Source: Victivallis vadensis (GTDB lineage Bacteria > Verrucomicrobiota > Kiritimatiellia > UBA8416 > CAMCYG01). From it: a stretch of 64,000 nt of DNA. Position numbers and translations under genes: made by a program. Of this stretch, positions 44,880 to 53,500 are shown one piece after another (position 1 is the first letter of the stretch; every line of letters begins with the position of its first letter). The DNA lies in assembly GCA_945883775.1 (NCBI GenBank), contig CAMCYG010000004.1, positions 1,844 to 65,843 of the forward strand. The letters run 5' to 3'. The notes beneath the pieces were generated by a model, which worked only from the letters and a program-made list of their open reading frames with translations, was not told the origin of the DNA and searched no databases.

Positions 44880-45782
44880 TTATTTCGATGGCTTTGCCGG
44901 CTGAATGATTCTGACCGTGAGTGATATGTCCAGCATTGTCTTCATGCCGTGCCGGTTATAGCCGACAAGGAATGAGTCGTAGAAATTGGAATCCTTTTGA
45001 AGGCCACCTATGGTTATCGTCTGGCCGTTAAAGACAGTTATCTCGGTTGCGGCCCTGATGTACTTTACCCGATATGCCTTTATGTCGACCAAACTACTTA
45101 TTTCGGGTGTTATCTGGATGTTTATATAAGGACCATTGCCGATTACCTGTGGCCGGACATTGAGAAATGCCCCGACATTGCGGATCTGTATATTATTTTG
45201 AATGTAGCCCCAATTCCTCCCGAACTCGATTATCTTTTCGATATATGGGACTTCCTGTCCTATAAGAAGATGTGCCTCTCGTCCGCTTTGGACCAGGAGT
45301 GTCTGCTTGGAATTGGAGGAGGAGGTTACCATTTGCCTATGTGCTTGTGGTTCAATAATGATGTCGGTTGATGTCCTATTCGGGTGCTTTATGACCTCAA
45401 CTTTGCCACCCACCTCTAGCCCTGTGCTCTCTTCTTCTGCTCCCTCTATGAAGTTGACGTCTATCTGGACGTTCATGGGGATAGTATTGATATCCTTGAG
45501 AAGCATCTCGACCATCTGGTGTTCGTTGGTTCTTGCTATGACCATAAGCTGACTGCTCAGTTTATCAAAAAAGACCTTCCGGTCTTTGCCGATGAGGTCT
45601 TTGACTGCGCTCACGATGAGGTTTGGATCAGAGCTGATGATCTTGTATGACTTATAAACATCAATTTCGCGGGTGCTGGCCGTGGAATCGGTGGAATGGC
45701 CTAGCAGAGGGGCTAGCAGTAAAGCTGCAAACACTACTGACTTAATGATCCGTATGATAGAGACGTGTAAATAAGTGCTCAC
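44880..45782 (-). CDS. short secretin-like outer-membrane protein (300 aa)
   Basis: Signal peptide and one secretin-N-like unit (IISSDPNLIVSAVKDLIG...QLMVIARTNEHQMVEMLLKDIN). C-terminal secretin-like segment (VGAFLNVRPQV...INIQITPEISS...ATEITVFNGQTITIGGL...MLDISLTVRII). GTG start in a GTGA overlap with the upstream gene. Confidence 0.5.
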   Translation of the reverse strand: MSTYLHVSIIRIIKSVVFAALLLAPLLGHSTDSTASTREIDVYKSYKIISSDPNLIVSAVKDLIGKDRKVFFDKLSSQLMVIARTNEHQMVEMLLKDINTIPMNVQIDVNFIEGAEEESTGLEVGGKVEVIKHPNRTSTDIIIEPQAHRQMVTSSSNSKQTLLVQSGREAHLLIGQEVPYIEKIIEFGRNWGYIQNNIQIRNVGAFLNVRPQVIGNGPYINIQITPEISSLVDIKAYRVKYIRAATEITVFNGQTITIGGLQKDSNFYDSFLVGYNRHGMKTMLDISLTVRIIQPAKPSK

Positions 45783-46459
45783 ATTGTTGATTTAACATCC
45801 CGCTCTATTTTTGTCCATGATTCAACGTATAGCATTTTCTTGCCGTTCTTTGTCCGTTCCTGGCCGTTAATTTCCACGTTGGTATCGTTGAGCTCCTGCA
45901 TTTCTTTGGATTTGCCGTTTAAGAATACTATGTAAGTGGTTCCCGCTTCCGATTTTATTGACATGGAAGTGAGGGTCCCTTGCTCGTCTTTTGTTGTGGA
46001 GAGTTTTCCGACCACATTTGCTGACTGGGGTTCTGTGTCGGCCGGAGTCTCTGTGTCGACGACATTGGGTTTGGCAACACTATCAGGTGTTGTTATGTTT
46101 GAGGGAGGCGGTGTGCCGTTATCGTTTGATTTCTTAGCTCTGTAAGTTGTGGGCACTTCGGGTTCTTCTCCTATATCATCGGTGTTGCCTGTTCTTATAA
46201 CCTTACATTTCCCTAAAGTTGATTTCGTTGATTTGGTCTGCTTTGGTGCTCGTTCGATTGCCGCGGCGGTGTATTCGGCTTGATTAGATGAATGTTGATC
46301 GGGGGCGATCTCTTTTGGGCTCGCTGAATTGGAAGTCTGATCAGTTTTTGCACTGTTATTGTTCTTAGTATTTTTACCCTCGCTTTGGGCAAAACACTTC
46401 GTATATTCAGAAGCTGTAATTAGTAGTGAAATACAAGCAATCAAGTATGTGGCTCTCAT
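45779..46459 (-). CDS. hypothetical exported protein with long low-complexity (S/T/N/P/K-rich) region
   Basis: Signal-like N-terminus MRATYLIACISLLITASEYTKCFA. About 130 aa of disordered-looking sequence, then a small C-terminal domain. Translationally coupled to the secretin-like gene. Confidence 0.45.
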   Translation of the reverse strand: MRATYLIACISLLITASEYTKCFAQSEGKNTKNNNSAKTDQTSNSASPKEIAPDQHSSNQAEYTAAAIERAPKQTKSTKSTLGKCKVIRTGNTDDIGEEPEVPTTYRAKKSNDNGTPPPSNITTPDSVAKPNVVDTETPADTEPQSANVVGKLSTTKDEQGTLTSMSIKSEAGTTYIVFLNGKSKEMQELNDTNVEINGQERTKNGKKMLYVESWTKIERDVKSTM

Positions 46460-46630
46460 ATCATTCCTTTACTTTCTCTTTGACTGACACATCCGAAGCT
46501 TTCAGTGTTCGGCACATGCAATATGCTAATAGCGACACTATTCCGCTCCCGATCAATAACCAGGAAAATGCGTCGGTCTAAATACATACAATAGTAATAC
46601 CAGCCTGACAGGAGTAATTCAATAGCAAGG

Positions 46631-47560
46631 TTAAGGCGATGGATTGTTGTCTTTGCGTTGATGGGTTGTGCATGCACGTTCCAAGAGCTCGCCGACCAGA
46701 ATCAGCAATAACAAGCCGGTTATGAACACCAGATATCCTGAGAATACGTGATAGAATCCCATTGCTGTTTCCTGCGATGTCAGTTGTGCCAGAATGCCGA
46801 GCGATATGATTCTGATTATGTTGCTGGCCATTGCTATAGGAATTGAGCTGATGAAGATGATAAACCGTTTTGTATTGCTGACGGTGAAGAAATAGCCGTA
46901 TGCCATTGCCAGGGCGGCCATGGTCAGCATCGATTTAATGCCACTGCAGGGATCTGCCACATCAAGCTGGAATTTGCCCGAAGTGGCAATGATTGCGGAG
47001 CCGGTACGTTCAACTTCGATACCGATACCGTTAAGGAGTGCCGTTGAAATCACGGTGGATATCATTCGGAGCGGGAAAGTGAGTGAGTCAAGGAAGTTAA
47101 ATGGAATGCAAAAGGTCAGGTACGCTATCGGGAATAGTATCAGTCGGGCTAAGTTTCTGCCGTAAAGGTAAAGCACCGAGCTCCATGTGAGCAGCAGGAA
47201 TGAGAAGAGCGACAGTCTTGGCTGTTGTGCCCGTGCCGCAGCCCAATGCAAGAAAAGGGCAATGGTGATAAGCCATAAAGCCTTGTAACACGTTTCTTTT
47301 TCTGCCACTGCCAGATCTTTACGTTTTCTCCAAAGATCATAGATGCTTACAAATGGCATGAGCCAGCCAAGCGAATATCCTCCGGCTGCAAAATTAGCGT
47401 CAGCCCAGCGGGCGGTCATCCATTTGAATACAGATCGACCGAAATGCTCGACATCAGTGGTGTTACCCAGAAAATGATACAGTGCCAGTATCCAGACGGC
47501 GGTAACTATAAGCATGCCTGCTCTGACGGCCGTGGTTATGGTGTTTTTTTCTGTGTTCAT
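46631..47560 (-). CDS. exosortase family protein
   Basis: Polytopic, 309 aa. Catalytic-type motifs DPCSGIKSM, ASNIIRI and FYHVFSGY match the exosortase Cys/Arg/His pattern. ATGA overlap with the upstream GT26-EpsI gene. Confidence 0.85.
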   Translation of the reverse strand: MNTEKNTITTAVRAGMLIVTAVWILALYHFLGNTTDVEHFGRSVFKWMTARWADANFAAGGYSLGWLMPFVSIYDLWRKRKDLAVAEKETCYKALWLITIALFLHWAAARAQQPRLSLFSFLLLTWSSVLYLYGRNLARLILFPIAYLTFCIPFNFLDSLTFPLRMISTVISTALLNGIGIEVERTGSAIIATSGKFQLDVADPCSGIKSMLTMAALAMAYGYFFTVSNTKRFIIFISSIPIAMASNIIRIISLGILAQLTSQETAMGFYHVFSGYLVFITGLLLLILVGELLERACTTHQRKDNNPSP

Positions 47561-49128
47561 TTGTTGCTGTGCAGTGAGCGGTATATTTCCCGTGTCAATT
47601 CTTGTGCGTAAGTTGGAAACGATGTCTCTCCGGCGTCACTATTAATTCCTGATATAGAGATGTAGGACCAGCGAATTGCATGACCTCTGAAGATCCTACT
47701 AGTTGCAGAGTGCCACATTCTCTTGATGTGCGATGCCGTCTCGATGTTGTCGCCCACGAACCAGTAAGCATAGAATCCCTGTTGTGCGGAACTATGATGC
47801 ATTAGTAGCCTTCTGATGTTCAGGATTGACAGCTCAAGCGTTCGATTGTTTCCAAGCTCTATTTTTGTTTTCTGTTCTTTTGTAATCTCGTTTCCCTGGG
47901 CGACCAGGCACATCTGGGGCCTGTGAATGCTGGTATGCTCCTTTCCGCTTGTGACGATGGTAACCATACATAAATGGCCTAATGCATCAGTGTACGCTTT
48001 TTTGGAGAGTACAGTATCCTGCGGGAGAATATTCTTTTCGGCTAAGGACCAGTTCTTGGCCAATGCTGCTCCGCATTCAGGGCAGACTGTGACATTCTTG
48101 CTTCCGGAGATAAGAGGGCGCATACAGTCCTTATTGTGACAGTAATAGACATCCGAATCGGTCCAACCTTCAAAATGTGACGGAAGAACCGTGTTTATGG
48201 TGACAGCGTCTATGACTTTTACATTCACGGAAAAGGAGAGGGCAATAGTGGCGGCTAGCAGAAGGAGCCATAGTGGCGTCAGTTGTCCGCACAATGTCCG
48301 GATGTCCCTGGTTTCGGCGCTGAAATCTGTTGGAAATCTTCGCAGACCAGTCAGTTGCAGGAACGAAAGCCATGCGAACGTCGGTACAATCTTCAGGTAT
48401 CTGCCAGCAAGCCTGCTTGGTTCCTGGCAGAGCCTGTGGAACCATTGCAGTCCGGCATTCTTCATCCATTGCGGGGCATCATTGATGTGTCCGGTGTGGA
48501 TATCGAATGCCGCCCCAACCCCGAGAAGGACTCCGCGGCTGATGCGGGGCAGGAGGCTTTTCATGAAAAACTCCTGTTTCGGCGTGCTGAGCCCGACCCA
48601 TATGATATCCGGCTTGGTCCGGTCGAGTGTATCGGTCAGCTTCTTCATCTCTTCATCATTCAGCGGCCTGAATGGCGGGGTAAATGTGCCTGTGATCTTA
48701 ATCCCGGGATATTTCGTCTCAAAAGCAGACTTGAGCTCTTCGGCGATGCCGGGTTTGCCGCCGTAGAAGAAGTGTTTGATATCCATTGCGACCGTCATGC
48801 GGCAGATGTTGTCCATGAGCTCCGGGCCGTAGACTCTGCCGATGTCTTTAAACCCCCGCAGTTTGCCAGACCATACAAGGGGCATACCGTCGGGTACATT
48901 AAGCATAGCAGTGTTGAGAATGTCCCTGAGTTCGGAATTCGACTGAGCCTCGATGACTCCATGCGCTCCAGTGACGCATACGATGCCTTTCCCGCCTGAA
49001 GCTGCACTGTCGCAGATTGCCTCGCAGGCCCGGCCCATGTCCGTCCTGTCTACAAGTATTCCAATGACATTTAATTTATTGCTGGTCATGTCCTGATCTG
49101 CCAAATGCTGTTTGTCTTTTCTGTGCAA
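47557..49128 (-). CDS. fusion protein: WecB/TagA/CpsF (GT26) glycosyltransferase + TM + EpsI-family (DUF3485-like) exosortase-associated domain
   Basis: aa ~17-255 is GT26-like (NVPDGMPLVW, HFFYGGKPG, IIWVGLSTPKQE, GVGAAFD). TM at about aa 283-303. The rest is EpsI-like (LPSHFEGWTDSD, HRPQMCLVAQGNEI, FYAYWFVGDN). TTG start at 49128; alternative ATG at 49089. Confidence 0.72.
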   Translation of the reverse strand: MHRKDKQHLADQDMTSNKLNVIGILVDRTDMGRACEAICDSAASGGKGIVCVTGAHGVIEAQSNSELRDILNTAMLNVPDGMPLVWSGKLRGFKDIGRVYGPELMDNICRMTVAMDIKHFFYGGKPGIAEELKSAFETKYPGIKITGTFTPPFRPLNDEEMKKLTDTLDRTKPDIIWVGLSTPKQEFFMKSLLPRISRGVLLGVGAAFDIHTGHINDAPQWMKNAGLQWFHRLCQEPSRLAGRYLKIVPTFAWLSFLQLTGLRRFPTDFSAETRDIRTLCGQLTPLWLLLLAATIALSFSVNVKVIDAVTINTVLPSHFEGWTDSDVYYCHNKDCMRPLISGSKNVTVCPECGAALAKNWSLAEKNILPQDTVLSKKAYTDALGHLCMVTIVTSGKEHTSIHRPQMCLVAQGNEITKEQKTKIELGNNRTLELSILNIRRLLMHHSSAQQGFYAYWFVGDNIETASHIKRMWHSATSRIFRGHAIRWSYISISGINSDAGETSFPTYAQELTREIYRSLHSNK

Positions 49129-49380
49129 AACATAACGATAGTACCCTTAGCCCGGAGCATTTGGAATTAAAAAATATGCTAGTTGAGTCATTAGTCAAAG
49201 TGTTTTGAACATTGCTATTAAGGTTCTGCGGGTCATGTATGGTGGTTTTGACGAATTATGCACGTGAGTCCATCTAATTTAAACGGTTGTCGGGTAATTG
49301 TTGTTGACCATGTCATATTAATAAGAAATACTCAACTTGCTATTGCGTGACATCCATATATCAAAAGGAGTCAGGAATTC

Positions 49381-50529
49381 ATGAGGGTTCTGTTTATCCA
49401 TACCGGCAGTGATCTTTATGGTGCCAGCAGATGCCTGCTGAGGCTGGCCACCAGGATGGTTAAGGACTCAGATAAGGTGCATGTTGTCCTGCCATATGAC
49501 GGGCCGTTAAATGCGGCTTTGGAGTCTGGCGGGGTAAATGTATTGATTGAAAAGTCAATGCCTCTGCTCACAAGGGACATGTTCAGGAATATCCTTTCGC
49601 CATTTCGGCTTTTGTTGCGGTCGTTGGTTTTCGCCAGCAGATTATGCCGCATGGTGTCGAATATTCGACCCGATCTTATCCACGTAAATACCGCAACCGT
49701 CCTTCCCGCAAGTCTGCCCGCTGCATGGCTGTACGGATGCAGACACACGCTGCATGTGAGGGAATCGTTTGGCGAGTTCGGCGGTCTTTGGCGGGTATTG
49801 CGCGCGGTCTTTGTGATGTCTTTCCGCCGGATAATCTGCGTCTCTCAATATGTAGCAGGGCAGTTCAAGCCTGACGGGAAGGTATGTGTTATTAATGACG
49901 GTATACCTGCGGATGAGTTTGACGGCGTCACGTCCGAATCGATAAATGTCTTCAGGAAACAGCATGGCTTCGAAGGCCGGCCCAGTGTAGGGGTTGTCGG
50001 CAGGATAAAGATAAAGAGAAAAGGTCAGGAGACATTCATCAAGGCGGCGGCGCTTGTGGCCGAGAAGTATCCTGAAGCGGTATTCCTGCTCATTGGAAGC
50101 CCGTTTCCTGGAAATGAATCACATCTGACTGACGTTCTGGGTCTCGCTGAGAAGCTTGGCATAAGAAATAAGGTCATATATACAGGTGATGTAAAAGATG
50201 TTAAGTCGGCAATTTCCGCTTTAGATGTGCCGGTCATGTCTTCCGGTCAGCCGGAGCCATTCTCGAATTTCGTAATAGAGTCTATGGCGTTATCCAGATG
50301 CATAGTGGGAACTTCCTGCGGCGGGACTTCTGAACAGATCGAAGACGGTGTCACAGGCGTGCTGGTCCCTCCTAATGATCCCGAATCGATGGCTGCGGCA
50401 ATTTGCCGGTTGCTGGCCGATAAACAGTTACAGGTTTCTATGGGCGCTGCAGGGCGCAATAGATATATGGCTAACTTTGAATTCGAGCCTTATTACAGGA
50501 AAATGTGCGAGGTTTATCAGCAACGATGA
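49381..50529 (+). CDS. glycosyltransferase family 4
   Basis: MRVLFIHTGSDLYGASR and the C-terminal EPFSNFVIESMA...GVTGVLVPPND (E-x7-E type). AAAGGAG SD upstream. Confidence 0.82.
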   Translation: MRVLFIHTGSDLYGASRCLLRLATRMVKDSDKVHVVLPYDGPLNAALESGGVNVLIEKSMPLLTRDMFRNILSPFRLLLRSLVFASRLCRMVSNIRPDLIHVNTATVLPASLPAAWLYGCRHTLHVRESFGEFGGLWRVLRAVFVMSFRRIICVSQYVAGQFKPDGKVCVINDGIPADEFDGVTSESINVFRKQHGFEGRPSVGVVGRIKIKRKGQETFIKAAALVAEKYPEAVFLLIGSPFPGNESHLTDVLGLAEKLGIRNKVIYTGDVKDVKSAISALDVPVMSSGQPEPFSNFVIESMALSRCIVGTSCGGTSEQIEDGVTGVLVPPNDPESMAAAICRLLADKQLQVSMGAAGRNRYMANFEFEPYYRKMCEVYQQR

Positions 50530-51539
50530 TGAGCAACAGGCGTATTATTATTACCGGAGGGTCAGGTTTCATCGGGACAAATCTTTGTGATTATTTGGCT
50601 GATTCCGGTGCGGACTTTCTCAATGTCGACATACAGAGCCCTTTGAGCGGCAGACACCTGGATCGGTGGAGAAAATGCGATATCATGGACCGTGAGGCGG
50701 TGAAGAATGTTTTTCTGGAATACCGTCCTACCCATATTCTCCACCTGGCCGCAAGGACTGATTGTGATGAGACCGTATCGGTTGACGAATACAGCGTTAA
50801 CACTGCGGGCTCTTCAAATGTCATGTGGAATGCCAGGAACTGCGGTACTGTCGAGAGGATTGTGATGTTCTCTTCGCAGTATGTATGCAGGCCAGGGCAT
50901 GTTCCTGAGAGTGATGTCGACTTCGATCCTCACACTGTTTACGGTCAGAGCAAGGTCCTCATGGAACAGGCAATAAGGAACGAGCTTGCTGATGGGCCTG
51001 TCTGGACTATAGTCCGCCCGACCAATATCTGGGGCCCATGGCATTTCCGGTACCGAAGGGAGTTCTGGAGGATGATAAAGAAACGTTATTACATGCACCC
51101 CGGAAGAGAGCCTGTGATAAGGTCCTATGGTTATGTCGGAAATGTGATTTGGCAGGCTATGAGGATCCTTGAGCAGAGCGCTGATCTGGTCGGAGGCAAG
51201 GTCTTCTATCTGGGTGATATGCCTGTCGACATATTCAGCATTGCCGATGCTTTCTCAATGAGGCTGACAGGCCGGCATGCCAGAGTCGTTCCGAGACTGC
51301 TTGTGGCATTTCTTGCCGGATGCGGTGATGTCCTTAAGGCAGTTGGTATCGTGCCGCCTGTTTCAACAAGCCGATTTGAGAATATGACAGGCCACTATCC
51401 GGTTCCGATAAAGAAGACCTTCGATATGCTCGGTTCGGCGCCATTTTCTTTGAGCGTTGGTGTTGATCTGACTGCTTGCTGGCTGGATGAAGTTAGCCTC
51501 GTGACGGGTCATGACAAGCTATTTGGGGAACATGCATAA
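50526..51539 (+). CDS. NAD-dependent epimerase/dehydratase family protein
   Basis: Start set at 50526 (ATGA overlap with the GT4 stop). IIITGGSGFIGTNL Rossmann motif and YGQSK catalytic YxxxK. Confidence 0.85.
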   Translation: MMSNRRIIITGGSGFIGTNLCDYLADSGADFLNVDIQSPLSGRHLDRWRKCDIMDREAVKNVFLEYRPTHILHLAARTDCDETVSVDEYSVNTAGSSNVMWNARNCGTVERIVMFSSQYVCRPGHVPESDVDFDPHTVYGQSKVLMEQAIRNELADGPVWTIVRPTNIWGPWHFRYRREFWRMIKKRYYMHPGREPVIRSYGYVGNVIWQAMRILEQSADLVGGKVFYLGDMPVDIFSIADAFSMRLTGRHARVVPRLLVAFLAGCGDVLKAVGIVPPVSTSRFENMTGHYPVPIKKTFDMLGSAPFSLSVGVDLTACWLDEVSLVTGHDKLFGEHA

Positions 51540-51560
51540 TAACTGGATTGATATTGCCTT

Positions 51561-52637
51561 ATGAGCGAATTACCCACTAGAGTCAGGATGTTTAAATGTT
51601 TACTTCCATTGCTTTCTGTTGTCATCACATTCTTGATTCTGGAGTTGTCTGCAAGGACGGTAAAGGGCAAATGGGGTTTCAGGAACTTCTGGCTGGAGGA
51701 TCAGGCCCTGCTCAAGTCGACCTACCCAGTCGAATTCCATCCTGAATTTGGGTGGATTCCCAAACCTGGGTACAGTGGTAAGAACAACTATTGGGGAAAG
51801 AACGTAACAATCGATACAAATGGTTTAAGGATAGCCACTCAATCAAGCGGGATGAATATGTCTGAACCCATTCTCGCAGTAGGAGACTCGTTTACTTTCG
51901 GTGATCAGGTGTCGGACGGCGAGACCTGGCCAGCTCAGCTGGAGCGGTTGGCCGGAAAAACAGTGATTAACGGTGGAGTCTTCGGATATGGATTTGACCA
52001 GACATATTTGCGAATGTTGGAGCTGAATCGTCGGCACAGGCCTTCAGTGATAATCATGCAGTTGATTCCCGAAGACATTGACAGGTGCGAGCTTTCGGTC
52101 AGAACATCTGTCCCTAAACCATATTTCACTATAGAAGACAACAGCCTTGTGGTGCATGTAGACCACATTAGACGTATTGAGCCAGTACCGTCCTTTCTTA
52201 AGAAAACAGGAGGTTATAGTTATATCTTCAATGAGTGCATGGAGCGTGCTTTCCCGTCTTATTGGAAGGTGGGTTCAATGGAAGACAAGAAGGCGCACGA
52301 TAAGGGAGACCAAATAGCATCTGCGATAATCAACTCGCTTAATAGCTTCGTCAAGGACAATGCTAATGTGGTCAGGTTGATTATTCTGGCACAGTACAGA
52401 TGGATCGATAAGCCTACTGATGCAGAACGTTTGCGTAATCTGATCAGATGTCGGCTTGATCCCAGAATAACATTTTGTGACACATACGACCCGCTTGAAC
52501 TTATCAGGAAAAATGATCCTCCGGCATATAGGCTACTTTATGCTGGTCATATGACTTCCGGCGGAAATGCTTTTATAGCCGCTAAAGTGTGGGTGTTGTT
52601 AAGTCAGCGTGGTGAGGAAACCGATTCGAGAAAATAA
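51561..52637 (+). CDS. membrane-anchored SGNH/GDSL-like hydrolase
   Basis: N-terminal TM, block I ILAVGDSFTFGDQV, and GGVFGYGFDQ. 358 aa, in a polysaccharide locus. Confidence 0.55.
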   Translation: MSELPTRVRMFKCLLPLLSVVITFLILELSARTVKGKWGFRNFWLEDQALLKSTYPVEFHPEFGWIPKPGYSGKNNYWGKNVTIDTNGLRIATQSSGMNMSEPILAVGDSFTFGDQVSDGETWPAQLERLAGKTVINGGVFGYGFDQTYLRMLELNRRHRPSVIIMQLIPEDIDRCELSVRTSVPKPYFTIEDNSLVVHVDHIRRIEPVPSFLKKTGGYSYIFNECMERAFPSYWKVGSMEDKKAHDKGDQIASAIINSLNSFVKDNANVVRLIILAQYRWIDKPTDAERLRNLIRCRLDPRITFCDTYDPLELIRKNDPPAYRLLYAGHMTSGGNAFIAAKVWVLLSQRGEETDSRK

Positions 52638-52703
52638 GTCAAGAAGCACGGCGTTACAGATAGTGTATTTGCATTTGGGCGCTGGGATACAGGGTGATGT
52701 AAT

Positions 52704-53492
52704 ATGAATACTGATAAACACTGGCAGTATTACGGCAAGAACTGCCCATACTGGTCTGTTGTGACATGGGACGAATTCAAAGGGGACATCGCATCAGATG
52801 GAGAGCTGTTGGACCGTTTCTTTTTTACCGGCCAGGAATATGTGCGGAATATCTTATCGGTTGTTAAGTCGGTAAACCCTGAATTCAAGCCTTCGACACT
52901 GCTCGATTTTGGGTGTGGCGTTGGAAGACTGCTTGTTCCTTTTGCTGAGACGGGGTTGTCGGTAAGCGGTGTTGATATTTCAGAGGATATGCTGAGGATA
53001 GCAGAAGGCAACTTGTCTTCTCGCGGTCTAAAGTGCGGGCAATTGGTGCGGGCACTTGACGACCTTCCCGCTGAAGGAAAATACGATTTGGTCCACAGTT
53101 ATATAGTATTGCAGCACATTCCGGTAAATAGAGGCTATGCAATAATTAGACAACTGCTTGATCGGGTCAGTCGGCAGGGGATTGCGGTTCTGCATGTGAC
53201 ATATGCCAGCGAACGTATTTCTGCAAAATGGTTATGGCCATCTATACGTAATTTGCTCTTGAATGTGATCGTTCGGGTTGGGTTGCTCGGGCGTATATAC
53301 AGGACTTTAAAAGGCAAGATCGCCAATCCCCCGATGCTTATAGGCAAATACTCGCTGAACAAGTTGTTTGCAATGTTGAATCAAGAGCGTTTTAATAATC
53401 TTCATGTTTGTCATACTATTCATGGGGATAACATGGGCATCATAATTATAGCGCAGCGGCATGGCGCCTCCCAGTATGATGAAAGATTCTGA
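52704..53492 (+). CDS. class I SAM-dependent methyltransferase
   Basis: LLDFGCGVGRLLVPFAE (motif I) and DLVHSYIVLQHIP. Confidence 0.75.
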   Translation: MNTDKHWQYYGKNCPYWSVVTWDEFKGDIASDGELLDRFFFTGQEYVRNILSVVKSVNPEFKPSTLLDFGCGVGRLLVPFAETGLSVSGVDISEDMLRIAEGNLSSRGLKCGQLVRALDDLPAEGKYDLVHSYIVLQHIPVNRGYAIIRQLLDRVSRQGIAVLHVTYASERISAKWLWPSIRNLLLNVIVRVGLLGRIYRTLKGKIANPPMLIGKYSLNKLFAMLNQERFNNLHVCHTIHGDNMGIIIIAQRHGASQYDERF

Positions 53493-53500
53493 GTGATTAT

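Noticed and set aside
46456-46677. 73-aa minus-strand ORF in the exosortase-downstream spacer as a possible hidden PEP-CTERM substrate
   Set aside because: It has no PEP motif, no TM helix plus basic tail, and no signal peptide. It also overlaps both flanking genes.
48191-48999. 191-aa and 238-aa plus-strand ORFs antisense to the GT26-EpsI gene
   Set aside because: Same shadow-ORF pattern, with no motifs. The opposite strand carries clear GT26 and EpsI-like signatures.
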